64,000 bases of DNA from Gemmatimonadota bacterium (GTDB lineage: Bacteria; Gemmatimonadota; Gemmatimonadetes; Palauibacterales; KS3-K002), in the NCBI GenBank assembly GCA_020344375.1, contig CP070823.1, positions 976,617 through 1,040,616 of the forward strand, read 5' to 3'. Each line of letters opens with the position of its first letter. Within the stretch, counting starts at the first letter, position 1. Position numbers and translations under genes: made by a program. The notes beneath the pieces are model-generated. The model was not told the origin of the DNA. It saw nothing but the letters and a program-made list of their open reading frames with translations, and did no database searches. Shown one piece after another: positions 12,969-21,408 of this stretch.

Positions 12969-14080
12969 CGCCTGACGGAGCCTCCCTTGTAGAACGGCAT
13001 GCGGACCACCTCCGCCGGGACCGCCCGGTCCCTGATCACGATCTCAATCTCCGTGCCCGGTGAGGTCCACTCCGTGGGGAGGTAGCCGGTGCCTATTCCC
13101 TGCCCCACGCTCGGGCCCACCGTGCCGCTGCGAACTACGCCCGCCGGCTTGCCCTGGCAACGGATCTCGTGACCCGGACGTGGAAAGCCCCGCTGCTTCA
13201 GAACGAAGCCGCAAAGCTTCCGCCCTACCCCCTCCTCCTTCTGCTTCAGCAAGGCGGCCTGACCGATGAAGTCGCCCTTATCGAGCTTGACCGTCCAACC
13301 CAGGCCGGCCTCCAGGGGCGTCGTGTCCTCGTCGATGTCGTTTCCGTACAGGGCCAGGCCCACCTCCAGACGGAGCGTATCCCGGGCCCCCAACACGATG
13401 GGCTTGATCCGCTCGGCCCCCGCTTGCATCAACGCTTGCCAGAGCTTCGCTGCCGCCGCCGCCGTGCAATACAGCTCGAATCCATCCTCACCCGTGTAGC
13501 CGGTGCGACTGACTACGCAGGCTACCCCCGCAACCCGGCCCTCGGCGAAGCGGTAGTACTTGATTGCCGATACGTCGAGATCGGTTAGCGGCTCTAGGAT
13601 CGCCTCGCTCTCCGGGCCCTGTAGCGCCAGCAACCCGACCGCGTCACTCTCGTCGACGAGCTCGATACCCGCCTGCCCCCACTCGGCCAGGCAGTGCTGA
13701 ATCCACTTGAAGTCCTTCCCGATGTTCGCCGCGTTCACCACCAGCCGGTAACGGTCCGGGAACCGGTAGACCAGAAAATCGTCGATGATCCCGCCATCCT
13801 CCTGACACATGACGGTGTACTGCGCCCGGCCCGGCTCCAGTCGCGAGACATCGTTCGCCACCACATGGTTGACGAACTCCAGGGCACCGTCGCCCGCCAC
13901 CTTGAACTCCCCCATGTGGGATACATCGAAGAGTCCGGCGTGCTCCCGCACCCAACGGTGCTCGCTCGAGATCCCTGTCGCGTACTGAACCGGCATCTCG
14001 AACCCCGCGAACGGGATCATCTTGGCGCCCAGCTTGACGTGCTCCGCGTGCAGCGGCGTTCTGTTCAGATTCTCGGCCAT
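12965..14080 (-). CDS. gcvT: Glycine cleavage system aminomethyltransferase GcvT
   Basis: TPLHAEHVKLGAKMIPFAGFEMPVQY near the N-terminus; 371 aa. No gcvH or gcvP is adjacent. Confidence 0.9.
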   Translation of the reverse strand: MAENLNRTPLHAEHVKLGAKMIPFAGFEMPVQYATGISSEHRWVREHAGLFDVSHMGEFKVAGDGALEFVNHVVANDVSRLEPGRAQYTVMCQEDGGIIDDFLVYRFPDRYRLVVNAANIGKDFKWIQHCLAEWGQAGIELVDESDAVGLLALQGPESEAILEPLTDLDVSAIKYYRFAEGRVAGVACVVSRTGYTGEDGFELYCTAAAAAKLWQALMQAGAERIKPIVLGARDTLRLEVGLALYGNDIDEDTTPLEAGLGWTVKLDKGDFIGQAALLKQKEEGVGRKLCGFVLKQRGFPRPGHEIRCQGKPAGVVRSGTVGPSVGQGIGTGYLPTEWTSPGTEIEIVIRDRAVPAEVVRMPFYKGGSVRR

Positions 14081-14216
14081 GCGCCACCCCTGTTCTCTAA
14101 ACGAGCCTGACCCTGAAGTCCGTTGACTGCCAATTTAGCAGAGATCCGGGGGGCACGCCAATCGGGTGGCTTAGGAACCGCACGGACGCCAGCGAACTGT
14201 ATCCTAGCTTACGAGA

Positions 14217-15689
14217 CTAGAGGATATAACGGCGCAGATCCTCGTCTTTGACGACTCGGCTTAGACGCTCGCCTACCCGGGCCGCGTCCACCGCGATCCT
14301 TCCAGTGCCGAGTTCGGGCAGATCGAACATGATCTCTTCCAGCAGCGTGGTCAGCACCGTGTGCAGGCGGCGGGCACCGATGTTCTCCATCCGCTGGTTC
14401 ACGTCGGCGGCGATCCGAGCGATCTCCGCGACCCCGCTCTCGTCGAATTCGAGCTCCGCCCCTTCCGTCTCGATCAGTGCGCGGTACTGGGTGAGCAAGG
14501 CGTTCTTCGGCTCAGTGAGGATCCTGACGAAATCCTCTTCGCTCAGCGGCGAGAGCTCGACCCGGATCGGGAAACGGCCCTGAAGCTCGGGGATGAGGTC
14601 GGATGGTTTGGTGGCGTGGAAAGCTCCGGCGGCGATGAACAGGATGTGGTCGGTCCGGACCATTCCGTATTTCGTCTGCACGCTTGAGCCCTCGACGATG
14701 GGCAGCAGATCGCGTTGAACGCCGCCGCGTGAGACATCCGGGCCGCCGATGGGTCCCCGCTCCGCCGCGATCTTGTCGAGCTCATCCAAGAAGATGATGC
14801 CCATCTGCTCGACGCGGTCGAGGGCCTCGTTGACCACATCATCCATGTCAATGAGTCTGTCCAGCTCGTCCGTGAGGAGAATGCGCCGCGCCTCGGACAC
14901 CGACACGACACGCCGCTTAGTGCGCTTCGGCATCATGTCCTGCAGCATTTCGGACAGGTTGTAGTCCACGCCCTCCATGCCGGGGAGCTCGATGGCAGGG
15001 AAGGTCGTCTGGGTGACCTCGATCTCGATCTCCTTGCCTTCGAGTTTGCCGTCTCGCAGCAGCGTACGCAGCTTCTCGCGGGTCCTCTTGCGGCGCTCTT
15101 CCCGCTGCTCTTCGCCGGCTTTCTCCTCCGGAGCACGCTGATCGACGGCTTCCCCGCGTGATGAGACGACGAAGCCAGGTGGGGAGGTCCGTCTCTCTTC
15201 GCCGGCAGGGAGCAGCAGGTCAAGAAGTCGCTCCTCCACCCGCTCCTCAGCCATCTCCTGGACGTCGTCTTCGCGTTCGGAGCGGACCATGTTGACAGCT
15301 ATGTCCACGAGGTCCCGCACCATCGACTCGACGTCGCGGCCGACGTAACCTACTTCGGTGAATTTGGATGCCTCCAACTTGATGAACGGGGCGCCCGCGA
15401 GCCGAGCGAGGCGTCGCGCGATTTCGGTCTTTCCGACTCCCGTGGGACCGATCATGATGATGTTGTTGGGCACGATCTCGTCCCGGAGATCCTCGCCAAC
15501 CTGCTGGCGCCGCCAGCGATTCCTCAGCGCAATCGCGACCGCCCTCTTCGCTGCCTCCTGGCCAACGACGTACTTGTCGAGCTCGGCAACGATCTGTCGC
15601 GGCGTCAGCTCGTCTTGAAGCGGAAATCGGCCAGTCCGCCGCTCGTCAGACGAAGCGTCGAACGAAGGTGAGGGCAACGAATCGTTCAT
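14217..15689 (-). CDS. hslU: ATP-dependent protease ATPase subunit HslU
   Basis: [34 protein letters not shown] and [19 protein letters not shown] overlap with the hslV stop. Confidence 0.95.
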   Translation of the reverse strand: MNDSLPSPSFDASSDERRTGRFPLQDELTPRQIVAELDKYVVGQEAAKRAVAIALRNRWRRQQVGEDLRDEIVPNNIIMIGPTGVGKTEIARRLARLAGAPFIKLEASKFTEVGYVGRDVESMVRDLVDIAVNMVRSEREDDVQEMAEERVEERLLDLLLPAGEERRTSPPGFVVSSRGEAVDQRAPEEKAGEEQREERRKRTREKLRTLLRDGKLEGKEIEIEVTQTTFPAIELPGMEGVDYNLSEMLQDMMPKRTKRRVVSVSEARRILLTDELDRLIDMDDVVNEALDRVEQMGIIFLDELDKIAAERGPIGGPDVSRGGVQRDLLPIVEGSSVQTKYGMVRTDHILFIAAGAFHATKPSDLIPELQGRFPIRVELSPLSEEDFVRILTEPKNALLTQYRALIETEGAELEFDESGVAEIARIAADVNQRMENIGARRLHTVLTTLLEEIMFDLPELGTGRIAVDAARVGERLSRVVKDEDLRRYIL

Positions 15690-16240
15690 GAGCCTCTTGG
15701 CTCCAGCTCCAATACAGTGATCTCTGTGTTCGAGTAGATGGAGATCTCGCCCGCAATCTCAAGGCTGCGGCGCACGATCTCTCCCACGCCAAGGTCCGAA
15801 TGGGCGCACAGCGCCCGTGCCGCCGCCAGTGCCATGGCACCGCCGCTCCCGATCGCTATGATACCATCATCGGGCTCTATCACCTCGCCGCTGCCCGACA
15901 GCAGGTACGAGTGCCGAGCGTCGACAACCGCTAGCAGCGCCTCCAGCCTGCGCAGCACGCGGTCACTCCGCCAGTCCTTCGCCAACTCCACGGCAGCGCG
16001 AGGCAGGTTACCTGGAAATCGATCTAACTTCTCCTCGAACTTCTCGAACAACGTAAGGGCATCGGCCACCGTACCGGCGAAGCCGGCGAGCACCGAACCA
16101 TCTTTCAGCACACGCACCTTCTGTGCCTGCATCTTGACCACGGTGTCACCGACCGTCACCTGCCCGTCGCCACCGAGCGCGACGCGCCCCTTGTGCCGAA
16201 CGGCGAGGATCGTAGTTGCGCGCATTCTCAGGTCCCTCAT
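15686..16240 (-). CDS. hslV: ATP-dependent protease subunit HslV
   Basis: [22 protein letters not shown]. The true start may be the second Met (16225), leaving a short propeptide as in B. subtilis CodW. Confidence 0.9.
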   Translation of the reverse strand: MRDLRMRATTILAVRHKGRVALGGDGQVTVGDTVVKMQAQKVRVLKDGSVLAGFAGTVADALTLFEKFEEKLDRFPGNLPRAAVELAKDWRSDRVLRRLEALLAVVDARHSYLLSGSGEVIEPDDGIIAIGSGGAMALAAARALCAHSDLGVGEIVRRSLEIAGEISIYSNTEITVLELEPRGS

Positions 16241-16259
16241 AGGCCGATGTGAGCCTCCC

Positions 16260-17171
16260 CTAACTTCTCGGATGCGCGACCCTGTAGACCTGCTTCAGTC
16301 GCTCCCGCGAGGTGTGGGCGTACATCTGGGTCGTCGAGAGCGACGCGTGGCCCAGCAGCTCTTTGATCGCCATCAGATCCGCTCCCTGATCAAGTAGGTG
16401 CGTCGCGAACGAGTGACGAACCGAGTGTGTGCTCAAATCGCTCTCCTCCGCTACCAGCGCGATGAAGTCCGTGACGACGCGCTGGATTTGACGGCGCGAC
16501 AGGCGGCTGCCGCGTTCGGACACGAAGAGCGGATCGCTCGCCGCAGCTACTCCGAAATGTCGCTCGCGCTCGCGCCCATACTCCCTAAGAGCCGAAACGG
16601 CGTGCCGTCCAACCGGGACGATCCGTTCCTTGCGGCCTTTTCCACGAACCTTGACCCGTGCCCCGACGAGGTCGAGATCCGCCGTGTTCAGGCCGTGCGC
16701 CTCCGAGAGGCGGAGTCCTGCCGCGTAAAGAAGCTCGAGAAGGGCGCAATCCCGCAACCCGCGCCAGCCGGCCTGGGCAGCGTGCTGGCCTGCAAGCTCG
16801 AAGAGACGCGACATCTCTCCTTGCGTGAGATATCCGGGCAGCGCACGGCCCTGCCGTGGTGCCCGCACATGCCGCGCCGGGTTAGCACCGACCAACCCCT
16901 CCCGGTGAAGGAAGCGGAAGAAGTTACGCACGCTAGACAGCTTACGCGCGACGGTCCTCCGTTTCAGCGCGCCCATCGCCAGATGGCTCAGAAAAGCCCG
17001 GATCGCCAACCGGTCCACCTCATCCCAGGACCACCTAGACGACCCGTAGTAGCCGTCGAGGAAATCGCTGAGATCCGAAAGGTCGCGCCCGTACGCTTCG
17101 ACGGTGTGACCGGACAGCTGGCGCTCGTCATTCAGATGTCTCAGGTACTCCTGAACCTGCGAATCGGGCAT
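16260..17171 (-). CDS. xerC: Tyrosine recombinase XerC/XerD family
   Basis: Catalytic R...HxxRH...Y signature ([28 protein letters not shown]). Start placed at [10 protein letters not shown] (ATG 17171) to avoid overlapping trmFO. Confidence 0.85.
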   Translation of the reverse strand: MPDSQVQEYLRHLNDERQLSGHTVEAYGRDLSDLSDFLDGYYGSSRWSWDEVDRLAIRAFLSHLAMGALKRRTVARKLSSVRNFFRFLHREGLVGANPARHVRAPRQGRALPGYLTQGEMSRLFELAGQHAAQAGWRGLRDCALLELLYAAGLRLSEAHGLNTADLDLVGARVKVRGKGRKERIVPVGRHAVSALREYGRERERHFGVAAASDPLFVSERGSRLSRRQIQRVVTDFIALVAEESDLSTHSVRHSFATHLLDQGADLMAIKELLGHASLSTTQMYAHTSRERLKQVYRVAHPRS

Positions 17172-17200
17172 CGCTACATCACCCCGGCTGGACGGTGCGG

Positions 17201-18559
17201 CTACCGTCCCGCCCTCGCCGCCGCCTGCTCGCAGCCCTCGAACCATGCCCGCATATCCCGGAGCCCCCGCAGCGCCAGCTTCTGCCTCCTCTCCCGCTTG
17301 CCACGCACCTGCCGAGGCAGTGGATCGAGGAGTCCGAAATTCGCATTCATCGGTTGGAAGTTACTTGGATCAGCCTCGCGAAGGTAGCGCATCAGGCCGC
17401 CGAGCATCGTGGTCGGAGGCGGGACCGCCGGCTCCAGGCCCCGAACAAGACGGTCGATGTTGACCGCGGCCAGCAGACCGGTGGCCGCCGACTCGATGTA
17501 GCCCTCGACTCCGGTGAGCTGGCCGGCAAAGACCAGCGCCGGCTCATCGGGCGGCGAACCGTGCGGCGTGAGGAGCGCCGGGAAGTTGATGTAACTGTTC
17601 CGGTGGATCTGGCCATAGCGTAGTATGTCAAGATTACGCAATGCCGGAATCAGCTGTAGAGCCCGTCGCTGCTCCGCATAGCGCAGCCGCGTCTGGAAGC
17701 CTACCAGGCTCCACATCCGGCCCGCACGATCCTCCTGCCGCAGCTGGACAACAGCATAGGGCACCTTGCCTGTACGCGGATCCCGGAGCCCCACGGGCTT
17801 CAACGGGCCGTAGCGGAGCGCATCCCGATCGCGTGCAGCCAGCACCTCGATAGGCAAGCAACCCTCGAAGTAAGGTACCCGATCCCAATCATGGGTCTCG
17901 TAGATCGCACCGCCGATCAGCGCAGCGTAGAACGCCTCGTACTGGTCCCGGTTCAGCGGGCAGTTGATGTAGGCCTCATCCTGGCCTTTCCCATAGCGAG
18001 AAGCGCGGAACGCCAGCGTCTCATCGATCGAATCCGCTGCGACAATCGGCGAAATCGCATCATAGAAATAGAGGTTATCCGAGCCGAGCCGCCGGCGAGT
18101 CGCAGCGAACAGCCTGTCGGATGTCAGGGGACCGGAAGCGACGATCGCGGGGGGCTGCGGCAGCACCCGCACCTCCTCGCGCCTTACCTCGATAGTCGGC
18201 TGAGCCTCGATCGCCCCGCCGATCCGCTGAGTGAAGAGCCGGCGATCAACGGCAAGAGCCGCGCCCGCCGGGACCCGTGTTTCCTCCGCGACGCGCAGGA
18301 GGAGCGAGCCCAGCTCACGCAGCTCCGCCTTCAGCAGGCCATGCGCGTTTGTCGGCTCGTCCGACTTGAAGGAGTTGCTGCAGACAAGCTCCGCCAGCCC
18401 GTCGGTCTGATGCGCCGGCGTGGTTACCACCGGCCGCATCTCATACAGCGAAACGAGGTGGCCTCTTTCGGCCAGCTGCCACGCCGCTTCCGCGCCCGCC
18501 AGGCCGCCACCTACTACCGCTATCTCGGGCATAGAGTGAGGCTCAGTGAGGGGTCGCAC
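17201..18559 (-). CDS. trmFO: Methylenetetrahydrofolate--tRNA-(uracil-5-)-methyltransferase TrmFO
   Basis: IAVVGGGLAGAEAAWQLA FAD-binding fold, about 450 aa. An alternative ATG start lies at 18532. Confidence 0.9.
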   Translation of the reverse strand: MRPLTEPHSMPEIAVVGGGLAGAEAAWQLAERGHLVSLYEMRPVVTTPAHQTDGLAELVCSNSFKSDEPTNAHGLLKAELRELGSLLLRVAEETRVPAGAALAVDRRLFTQRIGGAIEAQPTIEVRREEVRVLPQPPAIVASGPLTSDRLFAATRRRLGSDNLYFYDAISPIVAADSIDETLAFRASRYGKGQDEAYINCPLNRDQYEAFYAALIGGAIYETHDWDRVPYFEGCLPIEVLAARDRDALRYGPLKPVGLRDPRTGKVPYAVVQLRQEDRAGRMWSLVGFQTRLRYAEQRRALQLIPALRNLDILRYGQIHRNSYINFPALLTPHGSPPDEPALVFAGQLTGVEGYIESAATGLLAAVNIDRLVRGLEPAVPPPTTMLGGLMRYLREADPSNFQPMNANFGLLDPLPRQVRGKRERRQKLALRGLRDMRAWFEGCEQAAARAGR

Positions 18560-21034
18560 TCAGACAGACGTCACATCCGCCGTCTCTGGCGTTGTTGCCT
18601 CGAACTCGTGAGCGCAGGCGGCACACCTCAGGTACTCGCCCTTTCGTTTGGAACTCTTCTGAAGGGCCACGCTGGAGCGGCACTCAGGGCAGGTGGCTGC
18701 GGTTGGAGTGTCCCAAGTCGACCACTCGCACTTTGGGTAGCGCGTACAACCGTAGAAGAAGCGACCCCGACGTGTCCGCCGCTTGACGATCTCGCCCTCT
18801 CGGCAAGTCGGACACTTCAGACCCAGGGTGATCGCCTGGGTGTGCTTGCACCGCGGGTAGGCCGTGCAGGCGAGGAACTGCCCGTACTTTCCCGTCTTGA
18901 CCGCCATTGGGCTCCCGCACTTGGGACACTTGGCGTCGCTTGGCACCCCGGCCTGCTCTTTGCCCACCGCGCGTGTGAACCGGCACTCCGGGTAGTTGGA
19001 GCACGCGACGAATGGGCCATAACGGCCGCTCTTCACCAGCAGCTCGCCACCGCATTGCGGGCACTTCTCATCCCCGAGATCCAGCTCCGGCGGCTGGTCG
19101 ATGGATCGAGTGTTATTGCACTCCGGATAGGCTGAGCAGCCGAGGAACCGACCGTAGCGATTCCACCGCACCACCATAGGCTCTCCGCAGAGATTGCAGA
19201 CGGCGTCCTCGGCCTGCACGATCTCGCGGATGATCTCGTCACTGCGCGCCTCTCCTTCCTCCAGCCGTCGTGCGAACCGCGTGTAGAACTTGCCGAGCTC
19301 TTGGCGCCAGTCGAGCTCCCCTTCCTCGATCCGGTCCAGGTTCGCTTCCATGTTGCTGGTGAAGTCCACGTCAAAGGTGTCGGGGAAGACGCGGATGAGG
19401 ACCTGGACCACCGTCTCCCCGAGAGGCGTGGGCACGAAACGCCGCCGGTCCAACTCGACGTATGTCCGTTCGAGCAGCGTGGAGAGGATCTGCGCGTAGG
19501 TCGACGGTCGGCCAATACCCAGCTTCTCCAGCTCCTTCACCAGGCTCGCCTCGCTGAAGCGGGGCGGCGGTTCCGTGAAGTGCTGGCTCTTGCTAAGCTC
19601 GAGCAGCTTGACGCGCTCGCCCTCCGCGAGCTCCGGCAGTGGCTCCAGATCGTCCAGTGTCCGACCTTCTCCCTCTTCGTGCTCGACTCTGTACAAGCGC
19701 GTGAAGCCATCGAACTTCAGCACCGAGCCGGTGGCCCGGAAGACGTAGTCTCGCCCGTCAGCGCCAGTCAGATCGAAATCCACCGTGGTTGTGTCATAGA
19801 CCGCAGGCGACATCTGTGAGGCCACGAAGCGCAGCCAGATCAAGCTGTACAGCGCCAGCTGATCGGGCTCCAACTCGCGCTTCAGGGACTCGGGCGTCCG
19901 ATGGACCGATGTGGGACGAATCGCCTCGTGCGCTTCCTGTGCACCCTTCTGCTGCTTGCCTAGGTACAGCCGGGCCGACTTGGGAAGGTAGCGGCCGCCG
20001 AATTCTCTCTCCACGTAGGACCGGGCCGCATTGGCCGCAGATGCTGCCACGCGTGTCGAGTCGGTCCGCATGTACGTGATCAGACCGATGGCCTTACCGC
20101 CGACCTCCAAGCCCTCATAGAGCTGCTGCGCGATCCGCATCGTGCGCTTCGCCGGGAACCGCAGCCGCTTCGCCGCCTCCTGCTGGAGCGTAGAAGTAGT
20201 GAACGGTGCCGACGGGTTCTTGCGCCGCTCCTTACGGCGAATCCGCGTGATCTGGAAGGGGACGTCCCTGACAGCCTCGACGACAGCCGACGCCGCGGCC
20301 TCGTCGTGCAACTCGGGCCTGTGACCGTCCAGGTGGTGCAGCTTCGCGGTGAAGCGAACGCCGCTCTTCTCGAGCAGCGCCTCGACTCTCCAGTATTCCT
20401 GGGGCTGGAAGTGCCTGATCTCCTCCTCGCGCTCCCAGATCAGGCGCAGTGCAACGGTCTGCACGCGCCCCGCGGAGAGTCCCGGGCGTATGGGCTTCCA
20501 GAGAAAGGGGCTGGCCTTGTAGCCGACCAGCCGGTCGAGGATGCGCCGTGCTTGCTGGGCATCGACCTTCCTGAAATCGATCTGGCCTGGATTCTCGAGC
20601 CCCTGCGCGATTCCCTCCGGTGTGATCTCCTCGAACAGGACCCGCTTGAAGCGCTCGCCGTGCTTGCTGTGATAGCCGAGCTGCTCGGCCACGTGATAAG
20701 CGATCGCCTCACCTTCGCGGTCCGGGTCAGTTCCGAGAAGGATCTGAGCTGCTTCCCTCGCGGCTCGCTTCAGCTCCTGGATGACTTTGCCCTTCCCGCG
20801 AATCGTCACGTAATGGGGCTCGAATCCATTCTCGATATCGACACCCAGGTCACGCTTTGGCAGATCACGGATGTGGCCCACCGATGCCTTGACGACGTAA
20901 CCGTCGCCCAGGTAACGGTGCAGCGTTCGTGCCTTGGCCGGCGACTCCACGATCAGCAGCTTCGAGCCGTCAACCTCGGTCTTCGACCGCTTCGACCGCG
21001 TGCTTCTCGCTTTCTCCGCTCTCCGCGTGGTCAT
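18560..21034 (-). CDS. topA: DNA topoisomerase I
   Basis: TOPRIM N-terminus (LLIVESPAKA) and type IA core. The C-terminus carries four CxxC...CxxC zinc-ribbon repeats. Confidence 0.95.
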   Translation of the reverse strand: MTTRRAEKARSTRSKRSKTEVDGSKLLIVESPAKARTLHRYLGDGYVVKASVGHIRDLPKRDLGVDIENGFEPHYVTIRGKGKVIQELKRAAREAAQILLGTDPDREGEAIAYHVAEQLGYHSKHGERFKRVLFEEITPEGIAQGLENPGQIDFRKVDAQQARRILDRLVGYKASPFLWKPIRPGLSAGRVQTVALRLIWEREEEIRHFQPQEYWRVEALLEKSGVRFTAKLHHLDGHRPELHDEAAASAVVEAVRDVPFQITRIRRKERRKNPSAPFTTSTLQQEAAKRLRFPAKRTMRIAQQLYEGLEVGGKAIGLITYMRTDSTRVAASAANAARSYVEREFGGRYLPKSARLYLGKQQKGAQEAHEAIRPTSVHRTPESLKRELEPDQLALYSLIWLRFVASQMSPAVYDTTTVDFDLTGADGRDYVFRATGSVLKFDGFTRLYRVEHEEGEGRTLDDLEPLPELAEGERVKLLELSKSQHFTEPPPRFSEASLVKELEKLGIGRPSTYAQILSTLLERTYVELDRRRFVPTPLGETVVQVLIRVFPDTFDVDFTSNMEANLDRIEEGELDWRQELGKFYTRFARRLEEGEARSDEIIREIVQAEDAVCNLCGEPMVVRWNRYGRFLGCSAYPECNNTRSIDQPPELDLGDEKCPQCGGELLVKSGRYGPFVACSNYPECRFTRAVGKEQAGVPSDAKCPKCGSPMAVKTGKYGQFLACTAYPRCKHTQAITLGLKCPTCREGEIVKRRTRRGRFFYGCTRYPKCEWSTWDTPTAATCPECRSSVALQKSSKRKGEYLRCAACAHEFEATTPETADVTSV

Positions 21035-21408
21035 CGTACTCTCACCAATCCACCCCTTACCCTTGACCCGGTTCTGCGGGTCCCCGAACGCTCCAGCGCT
21101 GAGGATGGCTAGCAGGAATCAACCGCTTGTCAACAGTGCGAGATAGAAAGCCCTGCCGCTACTGGCCATCTGCACGGTGCGCGACGGGTCGGATACGCCG
21201 CCAGCGCGTTCAGCCCAGCCTGTGCGTACGCGGGGTTCGACCTGGGGTCAAGCGATACGAGAGCCCCGGGCCTCAGCTGGGGCCACTGGTAGCCCAAGCC
21301 AGCTCAGCGACTCTCGACCAAAGACCGGCGCGGTCGCCAGGTCGGGCAACCTACGCCGGGTAGGGTGCGCCTAGCGGCCGCGCACGTGAAGGCGCCAGCC
21401 CGCGCCCG

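Noticed and set aside
14081-14216. Possible glycine riboswitch upstream of gcvT
   Set aside because: I reverse-complemented the 136-nt leader. It contains neither the CUCUGGAGAG nor the ACCGAAGGGGCAA-type conserved cores, and it is too short for a tandem aptamer. A covariance-model search (Infernal with the Rfam glycine family) would be the definitive check.
16260-17171. Tyrosine recombinase as a marker of an integrated mobile element
   Set aside because: It is embedded in the conserved topA-trmFO-xerC-hslVU string with overlapping or near-contiguous neighbours. It is not adjacent to the tRNA gene, and I saw no flanking direct repeats. A housekeeping XerC/CodV-type dimer-resolution enzyme is the better reading.
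21230-21250. GGTTCGA T-loop-like sequence in the topA upstream region (possible tRNA or tmRNA fragment)
   Set aside because: The flanking bases (GCGGG / CTGGG) do not form a T-stem, and no acceptor or anticodon arms could be built.
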